Source: Octopus bimaculoides | Taxonomy: Eukaryota | DNA: 33,000 nt | Direction of reading: 5' to 3' | Assembly (NCBI RefSeq): GCF_001194135.2 | Contig: NC_068985.1 | Span: 28,402,988 to 28,435,987, forward strand | Part shown: in pieces, positions 23,525 to 33,000 of the stretch | Position numbering within the stretch: the first letter of the stretch is position 1 | Layout: each line of letters starts with the position of its first letter | Made by a program: the position numbers and the translations under genes | The notes under the pieces: generated by a model | What the model saw: only the letters and a program-made list of their open reading frames with translations | Databases searched by the model: none | What the model was told of the DNA's origin: nothing

Positions 23525-23843
23525 CTGTTGACACTCGCTTACGTTTCTTGTCCGATCCCTAAATACTGCATTAATATTCCTCTCACTTTCCATTGCACTG
23601 ATGCCTTTATTGAACTCATAAAGCAAAATATACCGAATATGCTCCTTTGTCACTTCTATTATTGCTTTGAAAAATAACTGTTAAAATCGAACTGCACTGT
23701 TCAAAATTTGCACTAAGAATAAGGACAAGGTAAAATTACTACGTCCTTTTATAGGAAGCGGATGAAGGTAGTTTATCCCGTTCCCCTCCGACTATCAGTT
23801 CATGCAATTGAAAAAACCGCATTATTTATAGGATGACCCAATA
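23525..23843 (-). mobile_element. Mariner 5' end fragment (TIR plus transposase N-terminus)
   Basis: TIR TATTGGGTCATCCTATAAATAATGCGGTTTTT; translation TKEHIRYILLYEFNKGISAMESERNINAVF...NVSECQ, then an abrupt break. Confidence 0.85.
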
Positions 23844-24591
23844 TATATATATGGATATGTATTGTCTTCGTAATTTGATCTTTGTTTTCGTCAAATGCTA
23901 TTTAAAGCCAACTTGAATCAGTAGCTTTAATGAAGTTCAATGCGGTCTCCATATGTCCAACGTATATTGACTTTTAATGATTTTAAAGTAGAACTCAGTA
24001 AAGCAATTCGTTCACGCTCCTCGACTGTCATAAGTGAGCAGCTGTTGCCAAGTTGCCCTTTGTAGTAACCAAGGATATAGCTTTCAAAGCATTTGTTTAA
24101 AACACTCAATGGCCGACAAGTGTCATGCTAGCACGCACAGAAGTACACACACACACAAACACACAAACGTATGCAAAATCACATTCATACACATGTACAC
24201 ATACGACCTATATAGGTATATATATANNNNNNNNNNNNNNNNNNNNNNNNNNNNNNNNNNNNNNNNNNNNNNNNNNNNNNNNNNNNNNNNNNNNNNNNNN
24301 NNNNNNNNNNNNNNNNNNNNNNNNNNNNNNNNNNNNNNNNNNNNNNNNNNNNNNNNNNNNNNNNNNNNNNNNNNNNNNNNNNNNNNNNNNNNNNNNNNNN
24401 NNNNNNNNNNNNNNNNNNNNNNNNNNNNNNNNNNNNNNNNNNNNNNNNNNNNNNNNNNNNNNNNNNNNNNNNNNNNNNNNNNNNNNNNNNNNNNNNNNNN
24501 NNNNNNNNNNNNNNNNNNNNNNNNNNNNNNNNNNNNNNNNNNNNNNNNNNNNNNNNNNNNNNNNNNNNNCACACACACACACACACACACA

Positions 24592-25345
24592 CACTGAACT
24601 ACAAAAGGAAATGTCGCACTGTAAAAGATTATTTGTTTCTCACACGATATTGAGATTATAAGGATTTTATCACATTTCTAGGCAATTTGATATCAGGAAG
24701 ATGTCACTGACCCACAACACCACTCTCTTTTGAAAACACAAGGATTGCATGTAGGATTCGAACTCGCTCACTTTTCGTAAAAATGTCAAGACTAACAGGA
24801 AATCAGAGGGAGCAAGCCAATGGACGACTGCAAGCTGGTCAACATCCATGGGTCATTGCTAATGACTTGAACTGCAGGATTCGGACAACTGAATGACTAA
24901 GGGAACAATACAATGCCACAAACAACAGCACGGGTGATCGTCCACGCAGCGGCCGACCGAGGATTACAACGGCACGTCAAGATCGCCACCTGCACCGACA
25001 GCACTTGCAGGGTCGATTCCGGAAGGCAATGAAATTAGCAAGGCAGACCATAGGGACTCACCACAGACCCATTTGTGCAGAGACAGTTCGCCGCCGACGA
25101 AGATCTTTCAATCTGTCTTGTCGATATCCGGCTAGGGGCCCCATCCTCACACATCGTTGTCGACGAGCACATCTGCAGTGCGCTCGAAAACGACAGAACT
25201 GGTGATATCAGCAATGGAGGACTGTCTGTCGTCTTCTCTGACAAAAATAGATATTGAATTTCTGTGGCAGATGGTAGAGCTAGGGGTTGGGGAAGAAGGG
25301 ATGAGTATCATGCCCATGGTTGTGCGGTGGAGAGAGACTTATGGT
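24592..25345 (+). mobile_element. Tc1-family transposon, 5' portion, degenerate
   Basis: TIR-like CACTGAACTACAAAAGG. From ATG near 24784: MSRLTGNQREQANGRLQAG...DRPRSGRPRITTARQDRH...AETVRRR...GPILT...W*YQQWRTV, a frameshift, then VFSDKNR (FSDESRF-like) and DGRARGWGRR. Confidence 0.9.
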
Positions 25346-25422
25346 AAGGGGCGGGATTGCACTACATCTTTGCAAGGATAATGTTGACAGTGACATAAGT
25401 GCTTCAGTTTGCTTGCCTTAAT

Positions 25423-25497
25423 CAGACAGTCTGATGATGGTAAGCAAGCTGAAACTTCGCTGGCACAGTTAACATTAACTGTTTGAATGTAAATAAA
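25423..25497 (+). ncRNA. Degenerate hammerhead-like core followed by AATAAA (Penelope-type 3' end)
   Basis: CAGACAGT-CTGATGA-TGGTAAGCAAGCT-GAAAC...TTA-ACTGTTTG. Stem I is 8 bp with one G-U; stems II and III imperfect; AATAAA at 25492-25497. Confidence 0.4.
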
Positions 25498-25631
25498 AGT
25501 GTATGCCACAACAAAGAATTCAGGAAGACTACAGTTGAATATTAAATCGCTGTTATATATAACTTAACATTAAAATAGTTATGTACACACACATATATAC
25601 GTGTGTATGTGTGCATGTGTATATGTAAAGG

Positions 25632-25688
<57 letters not shown>

Positions 25689-26327
25689 AGAGAGAGAAAG
25701 AGAGAGAGAGTGAGAGAGAGCGGTGGAGACTTATACATGTATACATACTTGCTTACGTACATAAGTATACACCGAATGTCATTATCTTATTTCAAAATGC
25801 ATTATCATTTAATGTTTGTACATAATTTCAAACAACGATGTATGAAATATGTACAATGCATAACAAAAATAGCCATCGATCTTCCGGTTTCAACCTTAAT
25901 TGGTCATTTCCAAGGTGAAAAAGTTTCTTTATTAGGTTTCTTAAAACGCTTCTCTTCTTTTTTTTACATAATTCCAAAAGCAATATAATACAAAATCAAG
26001 CATCTATACGTTATTCTTATAATAATAATAATGCAAATTATTTTTCAAATTTTGCATAGATATTGAAAGATGTTTTACTTTGAGAGTAGATAAATAAAAA
26101 AAAATTTAGTGCATTTTCGTGTTTTAGATTTAGTGCTTTTACTATGATATGTATACATTCTTTTATATTTTCCTATATTAATTTTATCGATCTTTGAAAG
26201 TGTCTACCATACACACACACGCACATATATACACACATTCACATAAGCATACATGCGCGCATATTTATATGACACACGTGCTTTCCTCCGAACCATCTGC
26301 TGTTACTCCTTTTCTTCCTCTCAAAAC

Positions 26328-26358
26328 TCTAAGAACGAAGAGCCATGCTCGAAACGTC
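26328..26358 (+). ncRNA. Partial hammerhead-like motif
   Basis: ACGA-A-GAGC(CAT)GCTC-GAAACGTC: perfect 4-bp stem II, GAAAC and GUC, but the CUGANGA box is broken. Confidence 0.3.
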
Positions 26359-26473
26359 ATTTTCAGTCATTTTTCCAACAAAAAATTTCGCTGTGTAATA
26401 TATGCACAGTCTACATCTTACTTGTGTCATTTTTTGTTGTTTTTTTCCTGTTTATTTCATTTTATTTATGATT

Positions 26474-26523
<50 letters not shown>

Positions 26524-26590
26524 NNNNNNNNNNNNNNNNNNNNNNNNNNNNNNNNNNNNNNNNNNNNNNNNNNNNNNNNNNNNNNNNNNN

Positions 26591-26625
<35 letters not shown>

Positions 26626-27403
26626 TATATGTTTCGAGACGCAAAAGTTTGTAAGTGTTGACCCACAAAACATATCACTTCGTGTGGTTTTCTGATTTTC
26701 CTATTTGTATTACCGTACATATGTGTGCATCTGCATCTGTTAGAGAGACAGAGAGAGAGAGAGTGAGAGAGATAGACAAGCAGAGACAGAGAGTGAAAGA
26801 GAGGGAGAGACACAGAGAAATGGCTGCAGAGAACATTGGCGTACATGAAATTGCATATGAATTTAGATGTGTGTGTGTGTATGCCTCTGTGTGTGTGTGT
26901 AGTGTGGTTGATCGTATGTGCTTGCGTGCGCGCATTTGACTTTGTGTTGTGCACAAAGTTTAAAGTCTTTCATTACTCTCATTGTTGCATTTCTCATTAA
27001 ATTTATTTCTATTCTGCTACATTTTATTTAACTTTTCATGGACAGTAACAGTGCTCACCGGACTGAGTTAAAATGGAATGTTTATGAGCCCCAAAGGACT
27101 CGACTGATCCTTGAGAAACGGGATCTCTGCCGTGGCTATTTCCCCCTTATGCCATATAAATTTGCATTCATCTGCCGTATCTATTTCCTAACTTCTGCCA
27201 TATCGAATTACTCTGTATTCTTCAGTCATATCTGATTTCTCTCTTCTAATAGAGCTATTTCTCATAACCAGCCATATTAGTATTCACATGCAATGATGTA
27301 TTCGTAATGATTTTGGCTTTACATGATGTATAGGTAGACAAGCAATCGAGAGAAGGCTCTACACGGTCGCTCAACTTGCTAGAAATACTAGTCTTGTCTA
27401 GTA

Positions 27404-27620
27404 GGCGGCGAGCTGACAGAAGCGTTAGCACGCCGGGCGAAATGCTTAGCGGTATTTCGTCTGCCGTTACGTTCTGAGTTCAAATTCCGCCGAGGTCGAC
27501 TTTGCCTTTCATCCTTTCGCGGTCAATAAATTAAGTGCCAGTTACGCACTGGGGTCGATGTAATCGACTTAATCCCTTTGCCTGTCCTAGTTTGTCCCCC
27601 TTGTGGGCAGTAAGGAAATA
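27404..27620 (+). mobile_element. SINE family A, full length, with an approximately 19-bp target-site duplication
   Basis: Complete head, centre and long tail; flanks agaaatactagtcttgtct (27381-27399) and agaaatgctagtcttgtct (27621-27639). Confidence 0.95.
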
Positions 27621-27794
27621 AGAAATGCTAGTCTTGTCTCTCTTCAAACCATATCCTATCATCTTTAAACATAACGAAGAACACTTTCGGTAATAAAGTC
27701 TTATATATACTATGTAATATACATACATACATATGTGTGTGCATGTATGTGTGTGTGTGTGTTTGTACATACACACACATATGTATATATGTGT

Positions 27795-28911
27795 GTAAAG
27801 ACTCCCTTCGGCCATGAATGTTCATGGGATTGCACCTAGAAAGTTCCCATACGTGGCACACGTCCAGGTCAGGTTGTTTATGGAAGACCATCATTTGCCC
27901 ATGCATATGAGACACCCATCTCCATGTCTTTGTCTCACCCTTCTTCTGTCTCTCTTTCATTTCCTCAGTGTGGTCTACAATGTTTTCCTCCTCTGCTTGT
28001 GCTTTCTCTTGCTGTGGCTGTGAACTCATATAGGGGGCATTTGGTCTTCATATGACCTCTTTGCCCGCATATGTAGCAATTTGGTTTCCTTCCCTCGACT
28101 ACGACATTTAACGTTCTCTCATCCTTCACTTCTATCTGGTAGGGAATTCTTTCTATGTCCTGGAATGTGGCAAAAGCCACATTTCGAGTCCAAAACACCA
28201 CCATTTGCGCACTTATGTTTCCGCCACTGGTCCCAAATCCGGATCCTCCTTGGTTGCAGCCAGCACTGTTGCAACCAACCACTCCGGTTTAGTTTCTGGT
28301 GGCACTCTCGGAATACGTATTCTCACACTTCTTCTTCCTCTATAACTAGGTAGTAGTGTTATTTTTAGTGTTTTTAAAATCTTGGTGGCATACTTGGTTG
28401 CCTCTTCTATAGTGGCGAACCTCAACTCTACGTACCGAACTTTCTTCCTCTGCTGATGTACGTGGCTTTATTTACAATTTCACCCAGGCACTCCATGATT
28501 TCCTCTTCCGTCACCATTTCAATTTTACAGGTTTCGACAGCCTGTGTACGATACACAACTGTCCTCAGAATTTTGTCTTCCTTGGCTTCTTTTTTTTTGG
28601 GGGGGGGGACAATTTGTATGAGTCTCCCTCTACTTCTATCGAATTCCTGCTTCTGCTCACCTCTTCCATATCCAGCTTGATCAACTTGGTTTCTAGCGGC
28701 ACTGGCTTCTTCGCCGCAGTGGTCCTGGCGTAGCTCTCCATACTGGAGACACTACCACTCGTCACAGCTGGGGAAAAAAAGCAGCGGCTCGCGTGAAACG
28801 TAACAACAATAATTTCACAAAAATCACAATTATTTACAGAGACAACTTACAGTAATTCACACAGTTTTCATGGAGTAACACAGCAGTATTCACAATAATT
28901 CACAATAATTC
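27795..28911 (-). mobile_element. L1/Tx1-like LINE 5' portion: 5' UTR and degenerate ORF1 with CCHC zinc knuckle; ORF2 absent
   Basis: MESYARTTAAKKP, RRM-like ELRFATIEEATKYA, VRIRIPRVPPE, LNVVVEGRKPNCYICGQRGHMKTKCP (CX2CX4HX4C); several frameshifts; GTGAATTATT short repeats in the 5' UTR. Confidence 0.82.
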
Positions 28912-28974
28912 ACGGAGACGTTATATCGCTAAGCATTTCGCCCGGCGTGCTAACGATCCTGCGAGTTCGCCGCC
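28912..28974 (-). mobile_element. SINE family A head only (A-box present, B-box absent), abutting the LINE 5' end
   Basis: Minus reads ggcggcgaactcgcaggatcgttagcacgccgggcgaaatgcttagcgatat..cgtctccgt; only a few mismatches to the other copies. Confidence 0.88.
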
Positions 28975-29066
28975 CTGAGACGGAGCTATTTCTGAATTTG
29001 CTCTTACTGGGGTATATTCATGCCAGCAATGTATGAAATACACACAAGGAGTAGTATATAAAAGTC

Positions 29067-29192
29067 TACTTTACTCTTCATCCTTTCGGGCTTGATGAAA
29101 TAAAATACCAGTTCATTACTAAAGTTGAGGTGATTCACAAACCACTTCTTCTCAAAAATAGGTGGCTTTGTGCCTATGCTACAAAGGATTAT
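29067..29192 (+). mobile_element. Degenerate SINE family A 3' half
   Basis: cttcatcctttcgggcttgatgaaataaaataccagtt...ggctttgtgccta. Confidence 0.6.
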
Positions 29193-29221
29193 TTATTTAC
29201 AACTGTATGTTTTTCTATGTT

Positions 29222-29332
29222 CATGTGACGTAGAATTCCATGTGACGTAGAATTCCATGTGGCGTAGAATTCAAGTGACGTAGGAATCCTCTGGTATTCC
29301 ATGTGACGTAGAATTGCTGTGGTACGTAGAAA
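29222..29332. repeat. 17-bp tandem repeat (CATGTGACGTAGAATTC), about 5-6 degenerating units
   Basis: Two perfect units, one with a single change, then decayed units. Confidence 0.9.
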
Positions 29333-29359
29333 TTTGTTCCAGCATGTTTTCCCTTAAAG

Positions 29360-29510
29360 AAGCAGCTAATTGGCAGAGTCGCTAAAGTTTCGGGTAGCAG
29401 AATGCCTGGCCGTATTTCCTCCGGCTCGCTATAATGTGAATTCTAATTTACAGGTCGTCGCTTTCATATATAATGTAAGGATTTATAAAGTGTCAGCCAT
29501 GAACTGGCCA
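29360..29510 (+). mobile_element. Highly degenerate SINE family A-like copy
   Basis: gcagctaattggcagagtcgctaaag...aatgcctggccgtatttcctccggc...gtcgctttcat...ataaagtgtcag follows the family A layout. Confidence 0.45.
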
Positions 29511-29516
29511 CCGATT

Positions 29517-29675
<159 letters not shown>

Positions 29676-30448
29676 AAGCGGTTACTTTTCAATGCGTGAC
29701 GGCTTTGTGGTACCATACAAAGTGTCACTTCCTGCAAAAAGGGACTTGGTTGAGTGAGGAGCAAGCGAGATCTTCTCGCAGAAGATTTGTTATGTTACTG
29801 GAACCATTGTAGGTACGACAGGGAACAGACACAACAAAGAAGTAAGATGTACACAATGAGATATCAAATAGCAATGTATGTAATATTCTCAATAAGCCAC
29901 TCTACCGGAGATTATATGATCTATACAAGAAACCATTATGCAGTAATATATGTATTTTACTATATATCTCTTAGAAACACCCAACACTTTAAATTAGATA
30001 TCTATGTGTATTCTTCAGCTTCACACGAATATTTCGTGATTATGAAATGAATTAAAATATTATTGTATTACTAAGTTAATATCTTTATTGAATATATAAC
30101 TATTTGCTGAAAAGTTACCAATGTCAGAATGTACGCTTCCTTTTCCCCTGTCATTTCATTGTCTCTTGTGTTATACTTATTTATTAACAAGCCAAAGAAA
30201 CATTTTGCCAAATTTGTTATAAAATTAATTGTTTATTATTCATTCTTGCATTTTAATAATTGTCTTCTCTTTTTTTTTTTTGTTTTCCTTCTTTCTTCTT
30301 TCCTTCGTTTTCTCTTTGTTTCTTTGTTGCTTTCTTTGTTTCTGTCTTCCCATTCATAATTCCCATAATTACGCTTAGAAGAGAATTTTAAATGTGCCAA
30401 TCTTCAGAAAACGTGACCGGAAGATGAGAAGCCCTGCCACTTGATCTA

Positions 30449-30449
30449 C

Positions 30450-30520
<71 letters not shown>
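30449..30520. repeat. (TAA)n microsatellite
   Basis: Direct reading. Confidence 0.97.
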
Positions 30521-30521
<1 letters not shown>

Positions 30522-31047
30522 TAAAATACAAAATAAATAAAAATAAAATATACTAAAAAATATTAAAAATCATTATCAAAAATATTTTAAGCTTAGAAAT
30601 TCTATTTTCAGTCTAGAAATAGTATATTTTCGTGTAATTTATTTAGAATTACACTATTTTTGAGCATTATGCCAACGATCACACTTCGTAAAATCACCTG
30701 ATATAACATGAAGCAAGCGTTCACAGTGAACTAATCAAGATATGTTAAGCTTAAAGAAGACAGACTCCCTAAATCAACTTAGCCCAGTATAGCCTCCAAC
30801 CACAAAGTTAGTTTTCTTTTACTATATAGATAAAGATCAAATTTACATCAAACTGCGAACGTGCATCGACACTAGATTACAATGTTCAGTTCAGAGTAAT
30901 AAGACTGTGAGTTCAATTCCTGGGCCACGCAGTCCTTACTGTTAGCCGACAACTAATTACAAATCAAGAAATTCTTACATTTAACATAGTTTTCAAAACT
31001 ATATTCAAAAGGTAAACACTGAAAATTCCGTGAGGGTTTGCTAACTT

Positions 31048-31150
31048 ATTCATATCATATCATATCATATCATATCATATCATATCATATCATATCATAT
31101 CATATCATATCATATCATATCATATCATATCATATCATATCATATCATAT
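31048..31150. repeat. (CATAT)n pentanucleotide repeat, about 20 units
   Basis: Direct reading. Confidence 0.97.
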
Positions 31151-31160
31151 ATTAAATTAA

Positions 31161-31371
31161 GGCTGCGAGCTGGCAGCAACGTTAGCACGCCAGGCGGAAT
31201 GCTTAGCGGTATTTCGTCTCTACAGTCTGAGTTCAAATTCGGCCGAAGTCGACTTTGCTTTTCATCCTTTTGGGGTCGATGAATTAAGTACAAGTTGTTT
31301 ACTGGAGTCGATCTAATCGACTGGCCCCTTCCCAGAAATTTTGGGCATTGTGCCTAGAGTAGAAAAGAATA
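31161..31371 (+). mobile_element. SINE family A, full length, short-tail type
   Basis: ggctgcgagctggcagcaacgttagc head, gagttcaaattc B-box, tail gtgcctagagtagaaaagaat. Confidence 0.93.
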
Positions 31372-31474
31372 TTTATATTATTTGCTTATTCTGTCGTTCA
31401 TTTCTCACTTAAGTCACAATTTTATTTAGTGGCTTAGTCACAGAAGGAAGCGTAGTAACCATAATTATTTTCAG

Positions 31475-31585
31475 GACATCCGCGCTTGGTGGACAAAAAT
31501 TATCCTCAGACCGGATGTATGTAATTGGGTGGAACGCGCTAATGAGACTAAGACACCAGGTGATGATGTGGTGATGATAAACCAG
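31475..31585 (+). CDS. Candidate internal exon of an unidentified gene (alternative donor after 31516)
   Basis: Acceptor attattttcag|G; donors GAT|gtatgt (42 nt) or CAG|gtaaaa (111 nt). Open frame DIRAWWTKIILRPDVCNWVERANETKTPGDDVVMINQ. GC-richer than flanks; no homology recognised. Confidence 0.2.
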
Positions 31586-32211
31586 GTAAAAAATTCAATC
31601 CGACTCTCAAAAACAGGTACCATCACTGGACTTGTACACAATTTATGTTTACCAAATTTTCCTCTTTCAATCGAGTTAACAACTTAACGTTCAATGGAAA
31701 AATTCATGAATATTTCTTTGACGTTTCATGTTTAAGTCCTTCTTCAGACATCAGGTAGTTCTAGATCAAAGAATGAAATTTGGAAAAATTTTTTTACTAA
31801 AATGAATACTGCATTTGTATTGAAAATGGAGGAGTTTTGATGAAATAAGATTTTATTAGTGCGAGAAAAGAAGAGCTGATGACAGGGTGCAAATATTGGA
31901 TGTAAGCGTACATTTTATCAGTAGTTTCACTCGATATGTTGTGAGTTCGGTATACGACAAAGATGATATATGGTTATACAGTCAGGTATGTCTGTGCGTC
32001 GGTATGTATGCATACAGAACACAAGCTTCAAGATTGTTAATTAGCTGTATTCATGTAAGAGACGAGGGAATAGGGAACCACAATGCAGGGTCTTCCCGAA
32101 TACGGGTGAAATGCCAGGTATCTTGATTTGCGAGAAGGAATGATATGCAAGGTTTAGACAATGGGAAGCTGGATGTTCTCCTCCTCGTAAATCCCTAAAT
32201 AAATAAATAAG

Positions 32212-32256
<45 letters not shown>

Positions 32257-32444
32257 NNNNNNNNNNNNNNNNNNNNNNNNNNNNNNNNNNNNNNNNNNNN
32301 NNNNNNNNNNNNNNNNNNNNNNNNNNNNNNNNNNNNNNNNNNNNNNNNNNNNNNNNNNNNNNNNNNNNNNNNNNNNNNNNNNNNNNNNNNNNNNNNNNNN
32401 NNNNNNNNNNNNNNNNNAAATGCAAAGGCCTTATGAATCATCTG

Positions 32445-32484
<40 letters not shown>

Positions 32485-32533
32485 GTGTACATATGTTTAT
32501 GCATGCGTAAATATATATATGTATATATGTATG

Positions 32534-32565
<32 letters not shown>

Positions 32566-32739
32566 GATATTTATACACACACACACATACACATGCACAC
32601 ACGCGCGCGCACCACACACACATGCACATACACTGACATGCACATACACACACTGGTGAGTTTAGAACTCCCAAAAGTGCAAAACGTGCATTGGGAACAA
32701 ATAGTAGAAACTGCATTGTTTTTCATACCTTTTCCCACA

Positions 32740-32778
<39 letters not shown>

Positions 32779-32906
32779 GCAAACACACACGCACATACAC
32801 ACATGCACATATGCACACACTGATACGCACACATGCACAAACACTTGCACTCACGTGCTTACACACAGACATGTGTACTCGTATAATAATTTGAGTGTGA
32901 ATGCGT

Positions 32907-32957
<51 letters not shown>

Positions 32958-33000
32958 TGTGTGTCTGTATTTATGTATACAGAGAGAAAGAGAGATCGAG

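Noticed and set aside
29685-29812. GC-richer stretch after (TG)n as a possible exon
   Set aside because: No AG acceptor with a pyrimidine tract and no recognisable peptide.

Overview
AT-rich, microsatellite-dense eukaryotic DNA with 12 N-gaps. Its SINE content points to a coleoid cephalopod, most likely an octopus (inference). No intact host gene or intact transposase/RT ORF is visible, and nearly all ORF-track entries are microsatellite or gap artefacts. The window is a transposon graveyard: two Tx1/L1-like LINE pieces (RT C-terminus at 0.3-1.7 kb, ORF1 at 27.8-28.9 kb), a Helitron helicase end, RTE and R4/Dong LINE fragments, two mariners, a Tc1, a Tigger-like MITE with an expanded 14-bp minisatellite, a CsRn1-type Gypsy (tRNA-Trp PBS plus gag), Penelope-like remnants and about 15 copies or fragments of two tRNA-derived SINE families. 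The most interesting signals are several hammerhead-ribozyme cores at Penelope-type ends (one nearly intact at 19525-19576, minus), a Penelope remnant with an inverted pseudo-LTR, a SINE 3' tail that resembles the 3' end of the Tx1-like LINE, and a SINE head joined to a LINE 5' end. These extend known retroelement biology; I found no convincing evidence of a wholly new system.
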